Assembly: GCA_963702845.1 (NCBI GenBank)
Contig: OY969763.1
Coordinates: 4,608,001 to 4,672,000 of the forward strand
From: an uncultured Verrucomicrobiae bacterium
Lineage (GTDB): Bacteria; Verrucomicrobiota; Verrucomicrobiia; Limisphaerales; Palsa-1400
Length of the DNA stretch: 64,000 nt
Reading direction: 5' to 3'
Below, one piece after another: positions 18,982 through 30,405 of the stretch. The notes beneath the pieces are model-generated. The model was not told where the DNA came from and did not search any database. It was given only the letters and a program-made list of their open reading frames with translations. Numbering within the stretch: the first letter of the stretch is position 1; each line of letters starts with the position of its first letter. The translations under genes were made by a program, and so were the position numbers.

Positions 18982-21900
18982 GTGACCCGGGGAAAGAAGA
19001 TTCTGCTCTGGCTGGCAGGCACCATTGTCCTGCTCGCGATCGCCATTGCGTTCGCGCCTTATTGGCTTGGCCTCGCTCTGCCTGCCGTCCTGCGTGGGTA
19101 TCATGTCCATTATGGAAGCTATCACAGGCTCGATTACTCGCACTTCGAACTCCGCGATGTGGATTACGTAAAGGATGGCACTCGACTTCACGCACGCCAG
19201 GTCACCGGCTTAACTCCGGTTTTATGGTGGTGGAGGAAGGAGCATCACCCGGAGACGACTTATCTGAACGCGGACGACTGGACCCTTTCATTCGAAACGA
19301 ACAAGGCCACATCAACCAAAAGCAGTTTCGCCAACACTGTGTCGAAGGCGCACGTTAAACTGAACTCGCTGCGGGATTGGGTCGCGCTTGCAGAGCTGCG
19401 GAACGGCGCCGTGGAAATTCACGATCTGCATGTTCCGATTCCGACTGCGATTTGGTCGAACGGAAATTTCTCAGCAACGATGGCGCTGCCGCGCGTCGAT
19501 GAGGCTGCAAACGTTGTCGCGCAAATCGGAGCAAATTTCCCGTGGACTGCAACCGCGGCTGTGCCCAGGCGAAATTTGCGGCTGGAAGTCGTAATGACAA
19601 ACGAGGCGTCACTGGGCGGTATCGTTACGTGGCACACGAATCAGGCGACAATCGGCGCCACATTTTCGCGGAATGGAACGTTACCAGAGCAGGCGTTTGT
19701 TGAAGTGAAGGGGTTTCGCGTGGGGTCGAAGGATTTGGACTTGCGCGGATACGATGACGTGAGCGGTGCTCTCAATGCAACTTGGGCCTATGGGAGATTC
19801 GCCGTCGATTTGCGCGCAAATGCAACACCCTTGGCCACGAGCACGAACCTGGAGCCGTTTGTTGCAAACATCACTGCATCGGGAGACACGAATGCCGCGA
19901 CACTGCAAACCTTGACGATGTCGTCACCGGGAATGGAGGCTCACTTGTTGGCACCGCTATCGGTAAGCTTTAAAGGTGAAATGCTCAATCAATCCGCTTC
20001 ATTTGTAGTGAAGGCTGATTTGAGTAAACAACAGTTTCTTCCCGTGCGCGGCCTTGTCACCGGGACGGCATCGCTACAGCGAAAGGCTGGCACGTATCCC
20101 CAGGTCACCTTCGCCATTTCCGGCGATCACGTCACTGGATTTGACGTTGAAGCGGCTGCGATGAAAACACAGGGACAACTCAATTGGCCGCTGTTGGAGT
20201 TGCAAAATCTAGATGTGCGATTCATCAACGGCACCACAGCGAACATCACGACCGGAGTGGACTTGGAAAAACGTGTAGTGCAGCACGGCACAATTCAGTT
20301 CTCGGGAAAGATCGCCGAAGACCTGTTGCCGGTGGGCTACGATTACGAGCGACTTTCGTTGCGGGCGGAATTCAGCGGACCAGTCAATTCACTGAAGCAC
20401 TCAGGCGAACTAAATTTCGGCGAGGTCGTTGTTCCGTATGTGAAATCGTTCCGCGCATCGGCGAAATGGGATGGGCAAGGAACCGACTTAAAAACTTTCG
20501 AAGCGGAGATGCGCGTTTCCAGTACCGCGCTGATGCGCATGAGCGGCTCGGCGGCATTGAGCGGCACCGCGAACACACACCACATCGATGCAAAACTCGA
20601 TAGGCTGGCTGTCGTGTCTGGCGACCAAACGTTCGCATTGAAGACGAGCACACGATTGAACGCTGAGTTAACGCGGACGAACAATCACGCGCTTTGGAAT
20701 GCACAAGTCAGTTCCCTCCAACTACGCAGCGCGCGCGGTGATTTGATGTTCGAAGCCTCATTAAATGGAACATCTGCAGGACGTTTTTCGATTTACGGGC
20801 ATCGGCTCGAATCGCGTTTGGCCAACGCATTCCTCATTCGACCCATTGCTGAAGTGCGCATTGGCCAGATTGCCGCCGCAGCAGTCTGGAGTAATGGCCC
20901 CGCAAAATGGAATCTGGATCTGAGCGGGCAGTACGTCCCATCTTTAACCAACAGCTCATCCATTGACCTCGCAGATTTTTCCGCCCGCGTCGAAATGTTT
21001 GGCGATGTGCGCGGAACGACGATCACGAATATAACGATTTCCAAAAAGGGCCAGCCCGTCGCGACAGCCTACGGCGTAATCCCACTAACGATTCAACCGG
21101 CGCGGATCAGCTCTGGTTTCATCAATGTCCTCCACGCGAACGACAACGACCCAATTCACCTGCGCGTTACCACACAAACCAAAGCGGCCTTCTGGGAAGC
21201 CATCACCAAGGGTTTACCGATTAGCATCCAAAATCCTTCAATCGATTTGTCGGTTGATGGAACACTCGCTCAACCACGCGGCACGTTGCATTGCGAAATC
21301 CCTGCAGGCAGCATCAAGTTGCTCACCAACTCTGTCCGCCTCGCGCTCGCCAATTTTAAAGCAGACATCGCTATCGACCGCCACCAAATCAATCTGCAGC
21401 ACTTCAGCGTTCTTCTCCAAGGCCAGCCGCTTTCCGCATCGGGAACACTACCGCTGCCATCAAACCTTGAACGCGACTGGCGCAAAGTTTTTGATTGGCG
21501 AAAAGCGAGCATCACTGTTCGCGCGGCTGACGTGCAGATCGCTCCCTTCGCCGACATCGAGCGCCGATTCATCAGTCCACAAGGAACCGTTTGGGCAAAC
21601 GTAAGCGTAAACCACGGTCAAATCAGCGGCAGCCTTGTTGTCACGAACGCAGCGACGCGTCCGATCGCGCAGTTCGGCGCCGTCCGCGACATCAATGCGC
21701 GCCTGAACTTTGCTCGCAATCGTCTCGAGATCGAACGCTGTGTCGGAACTTTGAGCGGCGGGCCGATCGCCGTGTCTGGCTGGGCCGACTTGTTGCACAT
21801 AGACCCGCAAAACGAAGCTGCCGAGATTCAACCTCAACCTTCGCGGCGACAGCGTCCCTGTCGTGCGGCGGTCTGACGTGATCGTTCGCGTGAAATTCGA

Positions 21901-22703
21901 CCTCATCGCGGCAAATACAAACAACGGGCCCGGGCATCGTGACAGGCGACGTTGGGCTTCAGAATAGTTATCTTTTGAACGACCTGAAGTTGCTCGTGCC
22001 TCCGCACGTTGCCAAGCCGCAGAATCGCCCGCCCTATTTCAGCGTCGACACCCCGCCCTTCTCGAGTTGGAAGCTCGATGTGAAAGTTAAGGGCGACCGC
22101 TTCTTGAAAGTGCGCAGCCCGTTCTTCAACGGCGTTTGCTCAGCGGATATGCACCTGGGTGGAACTCTTGCCGAACCCATCGCATTGGGCGACGCAACGA
22201 TCAACTCCGGCGCAGTGGAATTTCCTTTCGCCACCGTCAAAGTCACCCAGGGATATGCCAGTCTCACCACGGCATATCCTTACATGCCCCACCTGTTCAT
22301 CACGGGGTCCACGAAAGCTTACGAGTTTGACATCCGCATGAACGTCACCGGTCCGGTTGACAATCCGAAAATTGAATTCACCTCCACACCCGGCCTGGCT
22401 TCCGAACAAATTCTAATCATGCTGACGACCGGTGAGTTGCCCGCCACTGCGAGTGCGTTAACCACCCAGCAGCGGACGCTTCGGGTCGGCGCATTTGTTG
22501 GGAAAAGCCTGTTGAGCAGATTCGGTATGGCTCCTGGCAACGAACAGCGATTATCGGTTCAATCCAGTCGTGACCTGACAGAACAAAACACCGAGACGTA
22601 TTCGGCCGAATATAAAGTCAATCCAGACTGGTCCGTGATCGGCGATTACAACAAATATGGCGGCGTCAATCTTGGCCTGAAATGGCGATTCTATTCAAAG
22701 TAA
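18982..22703 (+). CDS. tamB: Translocation and assembly module TamB-like protein (two +1 frameshifts near 21810 and 21932)
   Basis: N-terminal TM after GTG 18982, long beta-taco-type repeats, DUF490-like C-terminus (VTGPVDNPKIEFTSTPGLASEQILIML...LKWRFYSK). Removing one base in AAAA and one in GGG joins ORFs 18397..21876 and 21939..22703. Confidence 0.8.
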
Positions 22704-24808
22704 CGAAGGCGATTTTATCAGCACCGGTTCTACGATGCGGCTTGCTGATGACCACTATTTTATGTCAGCCCATCCTCGCCAGCGCGGCGGCGCCGAAAGC
22801 CAAGCTGAAGATTTCCGGCTACGGCGTGCTGGGAAATTTGGAACTCAAACGGACCATTCTCTTACTCGAAACCGACAACAAAAAACGTCAGACTTATGAT
22901 GCGAACTTCATCGAGGACTCTGTCATAATTTTGCTGTCGCGTTTGACCGAAGACGGGTTCCTGCGCCCGGAAGTCTCTGCCGTGGTCACGTTGACGAATG
23001 GGAATACGCAAACGTTTCGTTGGACGACAAATTTTGATGTGCCATTGCCGCGACCGCTCGAGGCCACTCGCGTTGAGCTTCGCGTGCATAAAGGCGTGTT
23101 CTATTACTATTCGAGCGTTCAGTTCTCGGGACTGACAACGGTTCAGGAAAAAACCGCGCGGACGTACTTCGTCCAAAACGTGGCACTCTTGCCATTGAAA
23201 CGCTACAAAGTCTATTCGCCACAACGACTGAGCCGGAGCGTCTCCAGCCTGTCGGAGGTTTTAGAGCGACAAGGTTTTCGGGACGCCAAAATCAATCCAA
23301 CAGTCACAACCAATAATGCAACCGGGGCGGTGTCGGTTATCGTCAATGTCGAGGAAGGTCCGCGTTCAATCGTGCGCACGGTGCGCCAGGAAATATTCCG
23401 CGAGGATTACACCAACGCACAGGTGGTCGTTGCTTTGGTTCGGAAACCTTACTCGCCATTGTGGGAACAGGATTTCACACAAAGCATAAAAACGAATCTG
23501 TATCACTCCGGATATCCGGATACAGCGGTTCAACTTTCAACAATTCACGCCGAGACAAATAACAACATCATCAATTTCGACCTGCTCGCCAAAGTGACAG
23601 CCGGGCCGAAGATCGCCCTGGGCACGGTCAAGTTTGAAGGCCGCAAAAAGACGAAACTGGCGGCGCTGACGAAGCGTACTCAATTAACTCCCGGTGAACT
23701 TCTCGACCGCATCCGTGTTGAACGGGCGCGCTATCGCATCTCGGAATTGGGCGTGTTTGATGCCGTCGGACTTCGATACGACCAAGTTGATCCCCACACG
23801 CGCGATGCGGTGTTCGAATTGAAAGAAAGCAAAAACCTCGATGCGAGCCTATTATTCAGCTTCGGCTCATACGAAATCATCCGGGTCGGCTTCGATATCG
23901 ATCAGCACAACATCTGGGGTCTCGCTCATAGTGCGCGTTTTCGTGTCACACAATCATTCAAGACAAGCAGCGGCGATTACATTTACACCATCCCGCAGAT
24001 TGTTGGCGAAGACGTCAACGCGTTCTTTAACGCCTCGGCACTTCGCCGCCAGGAAGTCGACTTCGTGCGTCAGGAATACGGTGGGGGTATCGGCATCGAA
24101 AGATTATTTCGAAAAATCTCCCTCGATGCGAGTGTCCGCTACAATTACCAATCACTGACGGCGGTGCAGAACGACTTTGATCCGACCGTTGGGTTAAAGA
24201 CCGCGCAGGTGAGCGGATTCACCATCGATTTAAAACACGACAAGCGCGACAACCCGCTTTATCCGCATCATGGCTACAAACTGCTTGGGAGCGCTGAATT
24301 TGTGACCGATGCGCTCGGCGGCGACGCGAATTACCAGCGATTCGAAGTGTCAGGCTCGTATCATTTTCCCGTCGGCGAAGGCCGATGGTTGCATTTTGGC
24401 GTCGATCACGGCGGGGTTTTTACGCCGAATGCGCCAGCGGTTGATCTCCCGTTCAACAAACGGTTTTTTCCCGGCGGCGAAAATTCGGTGCGAGGTTACA
24501 GCGAAGGCGAGGCCTCCCCGCGTAATGCGCAGGGAACAATCGTGGGCGCAGCGACATTTCTCTTGGCCACCGGGGAACTCGAACAAGCGCTGACGCCGAA
24601 ACTTTCGGTGGTCGGGTTCGTCGATTCGGTCGGCATCGCTCAAAACATCCAACAGTATCCATTCAACCAGGTGCTTACTTCCGTCGGCGGCGGGATAAAC
24701 TATCAGACACTAATTGGCCCCCTCCGATTGGAATACGGCCATAACTTGAACCCGCGTCCGCAGGATCCGTCGGGCACAGTGCAGTTCTCGGTCGGATTTC
24801 CCTTCTGA
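22682..24808 (+). CDS. Omp85 family outer membrane protein (TamA/BamA-like)
   Basis: POTRA-like repeats, RFFPGGENSVRGY loop-6 motif, IGPLRLEYG, C-terminal Phe (FSVGFPF); exact start uncertain. Confidence 0.9.
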   Translation: MAILFKVTKAILSAPVLRCGLLMTTILCQPILASAAAPKAKLKISGYGVLGNLELKRTILLLETDNKKRQTYDANFIEDSVIILLSRLTEDGFLRPEVSAVVTLTNGNTQTFRWTTNFDVPLPRPLEATRVELRVHKGVFYYYSSVQFSGLTTVQEKTARTYFVQNVALLPLKRYKVYSPQRLSRSVSSLSEVLERQGFRDAKINPTVTTNNATGAVSVIVNVEEGPRSIVRTVRQEIFREDYTNAQVVVALVRKPYSPLWEQDFTQSIKTNLYHSGYPDTAVQLSTIHAETNNNIINFDLLAKVTAGPKIALGTVKFEGRKKTKLAALTKRTQLTPGELLDRIRVERARYRISELGVFDAVGLRYDQVDPHTRDAVFELKESKNLDASLLFSFGSYEIIRVGFDIDQHNIWGLAHSARFRVTQSFKTSSGDYIYTIPQIVGEDVNAFFNASALRRQEVDFVRQEYGGGIGIERLFRKISLDASVRYNYQSLTAVQNDFDPTVGLKTAQVSGFTIDLKHDKRDNPLYPHHGYKLLGSAEFVTDALGGDANYQRFEVSGSYHFPVGEGRWLHFGVDHGGVFTPNAPAVDLPFNKRFFPGGENSVRGYSEGEASPRNAQGTIVGAATFLLATGELEQALTPKLSVVGFVDSVGIAQNIQQYPFNQVLTSVGGGINYQTLIGPLRLEYGHNLNPRPQDPSGTVQFSVGFPF

Positions 24809-24819
24809 ACCCACATTGC

Positions 24820-24847
24820 TTGACATACCGCTACTTCACTATATAAT
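24820..24847 (+). promoter_or_regulatory. Perfect-consensus sigma70 promoter with no downstream + strand gene
   Basis: TTGACA (24820-25), 16-nt spacer, TATAAT (24842-47). Confidence 0.65.
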
Positions 24848-24913
24848 GTTCAGCGACGGGCAAACTGATCGCCCGGATAGCCGGCCGATTCAACTTTTCG
24901 CACAGCTTCGAGG

Positions 24914-26006
24914 CTACACCTTGCGATGGTCGCCGGAGAGCGATGCGTCTCTGGGAGCCTCAACCAGCAACCGCTTAAGATCAGCGATAAAGCCCTGAAC
25001 ATCAGTTCGGTTGAATATCCCAGGCGCACATCAACCGACAGCCGCCCTGCCCAATGAACGTGTAGAATTTCCAACCGGCCTGGCGCAACGCAACGATGAC
25101 ATACGCCGGCAAATCGACGAAAACGGAATTGGCCTGTCGCGGGAAAAGAATTTTTGCTTCCGGAATTTGTTTGAGGCCTTCAGCGAGCAATTGCGCCATG
25201 GCGTTGGCGTGGGTGGCGTGACGGAGCCATGCGCCGGACTCAAACATGCCCAGCCAGGGTGCGGCGAGGAAACGCATTTTCGAAGCGAGTTGACCGGCTT
25301 GTTTGCAGCGAAAATCGAATTCGTGCGCGAGCGCGCGATTGAAGAAGACGACAGCTTCGCCAAGCGGCAAACCGTTTTTACTTCCGCCGAAACAGAGGAC
25401 GTCCACGCCGGCCTGCCATGTGATTTCCCTGGGCTTTACGTTCAGTGATGCAACGGCATTGGCAAAACGCGCGCCGTCCATGTGCAACTTGAGGCCGAAT
25501 TGTTTTACTTTTGCTGAGATCGCTTTGAGTTCGTCTGGCGTGTAGACAGTGCCAACTTCGGTTGCATTGGTAACGCTGACTGCGCAGGGCTTGGGAAAAT
25601 GAATATCGGTACGGCGCGTGACGGTGCGCTCAATGGCGGCGGGATCGATTTTGCCGTTAGTGCCAGGCAAGAGCAGCACTTTCATACCGTTGGAGAAAAA
25701 TTCCGGGGCGCCGCATTCGTCCGTTTCGACGTGCGCAAGTTCGTGGCAAAGCACGCTGTGATAGGACTGACCGAGAGAGGCGAGCGAAAGTGAGTTTGCG
25801 GCGGTGCCGTTGAAAACGAAAAACACTTCGCAATCGGTTTCGAAAATTTCGCGAAGCCTGTCGGCGGCTTTGGCGGTCCAGGCGTCATCGCCGTAACTGA
25901 CGGCGTGGCCCGAGTTCGCTTCAGCGAGAGCCGACCAGGCTTCAGGACAGATACCCGCGTAATTGTCGCTGGCGAAATGGCGCAGCCTGGGAGATTCGTT
26001 TTTCAC
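24914..26006 (-). CDS. ltaE: Low-specificity L-threonine aldolase (1-nt frameshift near 25005)
   Basis: FASDNYAG, FNGTAANSL, LHMDGARFANA, PLP lysine in GGSKNG; the alternative frame continues DVQGFIADLKRLL...RKV* to TAG at 24914. Confidence 0.9.
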
Positions 26007-26108
26007 TAATTATATGAGAGTGCCAGTAAGCGCGGAAGGGAAGCCGGAAAGTCATCTCAGGGCAGAGACACATCAAAATTTTATACTCGAGTAATATAGC
26101 AGATGAAC

Positions 26109-26190
26109 AACAGCGCCGCGCGCGTCAGCGAGCGATTTTGGAGGGGCGCGCTGATTATAAAAACCGCTTGCTGACGCGCGCGGCTCTGTT
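26109..26190. repeat. Inverted pair of REP-like elements
   Basis: AACAGCGCCGCGCGCGTCAGCGAGCGATTTT (26109-39) is near-complementary to AAAACCGCTTGCTGACGCGCGCGGCTCTGTT (26160-90). Confidence 0.7.
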
Positions 26191-26248
26191 CGTCAGCACG
26201 TGTCAAATGGAGGCTTGTAACGACAAAGCTTGGGCGTAGTTTTTAGCG

Positions 26249-26677
26249 ATGAAAATCAAATATGCTCTGGTTGCTGCCCTATCGCTGGCGGCTGTTATCG
26301 CATTTGCGCAGGAAGCCAAGATTCAAAAGCCGTCCAAAGCCGACAAAGCACCGCTAAAGAAGATAGGCGCGCTGGAAGCGACGAATTTCCTGAATAAGAC
26401 AATGATCGTCACCGGCAAAGTCGCCCGTGTGTCGATTCGCCCCAAGATCGTTTACATCGACATCGATCAGTCCTATCCGAACTCGCCGTTCAACGGTATC
26501 GTCTTCCCGAGCGCCACGAATCAATTTCCGGAATTGAACAAGCTGAAGGGCAAGAACGTGGAAATTTCAGGCAAAATCGCCGAATACCAGGGCAAGCCCC
26601 AGATTGTCTTAAACAGTTCCAACCAGTTGCACGTCGTTGAACAGAAGGCGCCGGAGACAACAGCGCCGGCGCAGTAA
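26249..26677 (+). CDS. Exported small OB-fold protein
   Basis: Sec signal ending AFA-Q; VTGKV...YPNSPFNGIVF...LKGKNVEISGKIAEYQGKPQIVL. Confidence 0.8.
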   Translation: MKIKYALVAALSLAAVIAFAQEAKIQKPSKADKAPLKKIGALEATNFLNKTMIVTGKVARVSIRPKIVYIDIDQSYPNSPFNGIVFPSATNQFPELNKLKGKNVEISGKIAEYQGKPQIVLNSSNQLHVVEQKAPETTAPAQ

Positions 26678-26697
26678 TTCGGCCCCGACCGGCGCAA

Positions 26698-27132
26698 CTA
26701 ATACTTTTTCGAAAACTTCTTTTTCGAATCGTCGTCGTGCTTTTCAGCCGCGCTTTCGGGTGCGGCTGAACTTTTTTGCCCGGGTTCTTCCACTGCCGGG
26801 GCGGCATCGGCAGGAGCTGCGGGTGCAGGCTGGGCACTTTCCTTTTGCACAGCTTCGACGAACGCCATGCGCAGACTGGCGAGGCTCTGCTTGAGCAAAC
26901 CTTCCTCCTGTTTGTCGAGATTACCTTTGGTCTTGATCTCGATCATTTCCAACTGATCGATGAAATAGCGGGCGTTATCGAGATCGATTTCCTTTTTGCC
27001 CGTTTGCGGATGGGGCGCATGACCAAGGAAGATCAAGGCCATGTTGGTATTCTGAACTACGAGGTTTGCGAATAACGCCGACATCATTTCTTCGCGCGTC
27101 ATGGCGCCATGCTCAACATTTTGCTCGCTCAT
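26698..27132 (-). CDS. DUF1844-like protein
   Basis: LGHAPHP...DLDNARYFIDQLEMIEIKTKGNLDKQEEGLL...LRMAFV. Confidence 0.85.
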   Translation of the reverse strand: MSEQNVEHGAMTREEMMSALFANLVVQNTNMALIFLGHAPHPQTGKKEIDLDNARYFIDQLEMIEIKTKGNLDKQEEGLLKQSLASLRMAFVEAVQKESAQPAPAAPADAAPAVEEPGQKSSAAPESAAEKHDDDSKKKFSKKY

Positions 27133-27135
27133 AAA

Positions 27136-27816
27136 TTAAGTATTCGGACGGTTCTTGCGATGGTGTTTAATTTCCGCCATCAAAAAATGAATCAAATGTT
27201 TCAGGCGCGGCTCAACTTCGACCGTCTCGAGAATCGTTTGGCGTTCAACCGGCCCAGGCAATAGAGCGCAGGAGACTAAATCCGCCAGTTGATCGGCGTC
27301 GTTCAATTTATCGAGATACGAGACGATTTCTTTTACGGATAAAACTGCGGCGGCATCTTTATTTTTGTTCTTCACTTTTGGCGTGACCGGGAAGGGAAAG
27401 GGCAGGCCTAATTGGATGCGTTCGGTAACAAGGTCGCGAACCTTTGCGAGTAAAGCATCAATGGTGACATTGTCTTTTTGCGGCGCTTGCAACGGACGAA
27501 CGCGGCACATTCTATATGGCTTATATCGGGTCGTTTTGGTGATCTCGACGCGAGTGATGCCCTGCAAAATCAGATGCGATGTGCCATCCGGATTATCGAC
27601 GCACACCCGAACCAGGCCCAAGCCGGCGACGGTCGTGGGAATTTCGCGAGAATAAGTAGGTCGCTGCATGGCAACGGTAAACATCCGCTCACCCTTGAGG
27701 GTGTCGGCGAGCATTTTTCGATAGCGAGGCTCGAAAATATAAAGGGGCAGCAACGCCTGGGGGAACAGTGTCACACTGGGCAGGGTCATCACTGGGACCT
27801 CGCACGGGATTTCCAT
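27136..27816 (-). CDS. Stand-alone Lon N-terminal (substrate-binding) domain protein
   Basis: TLFPQALLPLYIFEPRYRKML, ERQTILET; no ATPase or protease domain. Confidence 0.88.
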   Translation of the reverse strand: MEIPCEVPVMTLPSVTLFPQALLPLYIFEPRYRKMLADTLKGERMFTVAMQRPTYSREIPTTVAGLGLVRVCVDNPDGTSHLILQGITRVEITKTTRYKPYRMCRVRPLQAPQKDNVTIDALLAKVRDLVTERIQLGLPFPFPVTPKVKNKNKDAAAVLSVKEIVSYLDKLNDADQLADLVSCALLPGPVERQTILETVEVEPRLKHLIHFLMAEIKHHRKNRPNT

Positions 27817-27904
27817 GAACACAATTTAAGTTGGCGCGTTTATTTAGCAAGGCGGATGCGGTTCGACTTGCCATCATTGGGCAATTCTTTGCATACTGAT
27901 TTTC

Positions 27905-28696
27905 ATGAGAGGTAAAGCATTTCTAATCATTCTAGTAATCATTGTCCTCGGCCTGGGTGCCGCGTTGATCGTGACAAACCAGCGTGCTACCGAAGAAACT
28001 CACAAGCGGGACTCGGCCATCAAGACGCTTTCGAACACTGTCGTGGAGGTCAAAGTTAAGCGCGATGAATTAGCTACGGTTAACACAACCCTGTCGAACA
28101 CACTCGCTTCAACGCGCGTGGATTTTTCGAACAAATTACTTGCGGCAGAAGCCGATCGCGACGCCACGGCGGCTAAATTGGCGAAGTCTCAAGCGGAAGC
28201 AAAAGCCGCTGCTGACGCGGCCAAAACGGAAATGGAAGCTCGCGACAAGAAGATTGCTGATCTCGAAGGCCAGAACATCAGCCTCGATAAGCAGGCCACT
28301 GATTTGCGCGGGTCCATTACCAAGCTCGAAGGCTCAATCACCGATACCGAGAAAAAACTCGCCAATTCGGAAGGTGAACGCAGCTTCCTGTTGAAAGAAC
28401 TGGACCGGATGCGCGCCGAAAAGGCTGATCTGGAAAAGAAATTCAACGACCTCGCCGCCTTGCGCGAGCAGGTTCACAAGTTGAAGGAAGAACTTTCGAT
28501 TGCCCGTCGCCTCGACTGGATTCGCCGCGGCATCGCCGATGCGTTTTCGCAAAAAGGTGGCGAACGCCAGATTGCTTCACGGCCAGAACCCGCCGCTGCT
28601 ACTCCTGGCCTGAATGTCGAATTAAAACAGGACGGCACCAGCACGATCACCACGCCCGCGCCAGTCGGTTCGGACGCGCCGGTAGTGAAGCCGTAA
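27905..28696 (+). CDS. Membrane-anchored coiled-coil protein
   Basis: N-terminal TM then a long heptad-rich region; TTGCCA-18-CATACT 7 nt before the ATG. Confidence 0.8.
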   Translation: MRGKAFLIILVIIVLGLGAALIVTNQRATEETHKRDSAIKTLSNTVVEVKVKRDELATVNTTLSNTLASTRVDFSNKLLAAEADRDATAAKLAKSQAEAKAAADAAKTEMEARDKKIADLEGQNISLDKQATDLRGSITKLEGSITDTEKKLANSEGERSFLLKELDRMRAEKADLEKKFNDLAALREQVHKLKEELSIARRLDWIRRGIADAFSQKGGERQIASRPEPAAATPGLNVELKQDGTSTITTPAPVGSDAPVVKP

Positions 28697-29431
28697 TTAT
28701 AAGTGGGGAATCTTCCCCTTGTAGCGCGACATGATAGCGTCGTTGTTGGTGCTATCAGTGTTCGCGCTGCCCCAAACTTCCGGTTTACCGCCTGCCGCGA
28801 CGACTCGCGCCGCAGCTTCGACAAAAATCGCGTGCAGAATAAATGCGCTGCTGATGGTTGAAGTCGGGCCGATTCGTTGCGGCAGGCCTTCAATTTCCAC
28901 GACTGCGTCCCCTGTCCTGCCGCAATTGTCGATGACAAGGTCGGCGATTTCGGTAAGCTTCTTCCCTGATGAATGTCGCGAGGTGACCACCGCGACGTAC
29001 TCAGAACTGGAAATGGCGATGACACGCGCACCTCGTGCTTTTGCTTCCAAGGCCATTTCGATGGGCACCGGATTACGCCCGGAATTTGAGACGATAAATA
29101 ACAGATCTCCGCTGGCCATTGGATAACGTGAAAGCACTTGTTTGGCATACCCCTCTTTTCGCTCCCAATCAGTGCTGGCTGAGGCACTGATGTGGACCAT
29201 CAGGTTTTCGTCGAGAATCGGAATGACGCGGGCAAGTCCGCCGGCGCGATAGAAAACTTCTTCCGCAAGCGCATGCGAGTGGCCCGACCCGAACGTATAA
29301 AGAAAACGGTCGTGCATCAACGTCGCGCGAACCCAATCAGCGGCGGCGTCCATCTGCGTGCGTTGTGTGCGCGTGATCCTGGCGAGCTGATCTTGCGCAG
29401 CTTTGAAATAGTCGTCCATGTAAAGGGTCAT
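28697..29431 (-). CDS. SIS domain sugar isomerase family protein
   Basis: FGSGHSH, EEVFYRAGGL, SNSGRNPVPIEMA, IGPTST; start moved to ATG 29431. Confidence 0.88.
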   Translation of the reverse strand: MTLYMDDYFKAAQDQLARITRTQRTQMDAAADWVRATLMHDRFLYTFGSGHSHALAEEVFYRAGGLARVIPILDENLMVHISASASTDWERKEGYAKQVLSRYPMASGDLLFIVSNSGRNPVPIEMALEAKARGARVIAISSSEYVAVVTSRHSSGKKLTEIADLVIDNCGRTGDAVVEIEGLPQRIGPTSTISSAFILHAIFVEAAARVVAAGGKPEVWGSANTDSTNNDAIMSRYKGKIPHL

Positions 29432-29512
29432 ACGCGCGAGATTAGCAGAAGGTCCGGTTTGCAGCACAAGTTTCGATTTGCTGGAGTCGCGAGCGTGCTC
29501 TACAACGCTGCT

Positions 29513-30400
29513 ATGCCACGCATGTTCAGTCGCCGGAATTTCCTTCGCACTTGCGCTGCCACCGCTGCGCTCGCCCCGTTTGTCTCGCTCGCCAAAGAAT
29601 CGAGTTACCGCTTCTGCGCGTTCGAAAAGCCGTTGCAATTTTTGAGCTATGACGACATGGCGTCGTTGATGGCGGAATGCGGCTTCGATGGCGTCGAAGC
29701 AACCGTGCGCAAAGGCGGCCATGTTTTACCGGAACGCGTTGAAGAAGATCTGCCGAAGATGGTGGAGGCTTTGAAGAAACGTGGCCTGGAAATCACGATT
29801 TTGACGTCAGACATCAATAACGCGAGCCAACCCCAGGCTCAGAAAGTTTTAGCGACGGCGAAGAAACTCGGGATCACCCGGTATCGGATGCTTTGGTATC
29901 AATACGATTTGTCCAAGCCGGTCCGTCCGCAACTCGAGGCCATTCGTCCTCAAGTGAAGGATCTTGTGGCGATGAATCGCGAACTGGGTGTCACGGCGCT
30001 GTATCAGAATCATTCCGGCGCGAAGATGGTTGGCGCACCACTGTGGGATATTTACGAGGTCATTCGCGAGCATGATCCGAAGCAAATTTCAATTGCCTAT
30101 GATATAATGCATGCGACGGCTGAAGGCGGTCTCGATTGGCCGATTCAATTTAATTTGATTCAATCGCATCTCGGTGCGGTTTTTGTAAAAGACTTCACAT
30201 GGCAAAATCATAAGACGAAAGCGGCCCCGCTTGGAACGGGACAAATCGACGATAGTTTCTTCGCGCTGTTGAAAAAAACGAACTTCAAGGGGCCAATCTC
30301 AATGCACGTCGAATATCTGGAACGCGTCAAAGATCGCGCAACACAAGCGGCGGCGTTTAAAAAAGATTTTGGCACACTTCGCAATTGGCTGAACGCATAA
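29513..30400 (+). CDS. Tat-exported sugar phosphate isomerase/epimerase (TIM barrel)
   Basis: Twin-arginine SRRNFL; GFDGVEATVR, YQNHSG, YDIMH, VKDF, PISMHVEY. Confidence 0.88.
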   Translation: MPRMFSRRNFLRTCAATAALAPFVSLAKESSYRFCAFEKPLQFLSYDDMASLMAECGFDGVEATVRKGGHVLPERVEEDLPKMVEALKKRGLEITILTSDINNASQPQAQKVLATAKKLGITRYRMLWYQYDLSKPVRPQLEAIRPQVKDLVAMNRELGVTALYQNHSGAKMVGAPLWDIYEVIREHDPKQISIAYDIMHATAEGGLDWPIQFNLIQSHLGAVFVKDFTWQNHKTKAAPLGTGQIDDSFFALLKKTNFKGPISMHVEYLERVKDRATQAAAFKKDFGTLRNWLNA

Positions 30401-30405
30401 TTTAC

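Noticed and set aside
24856..24900. c-di-GMP-I riboswitch suggested by GGGCAAAC
   Set aside because: The GAAA loop and GACGCAAAGC elements are missing and there is no downstream gene on that strand
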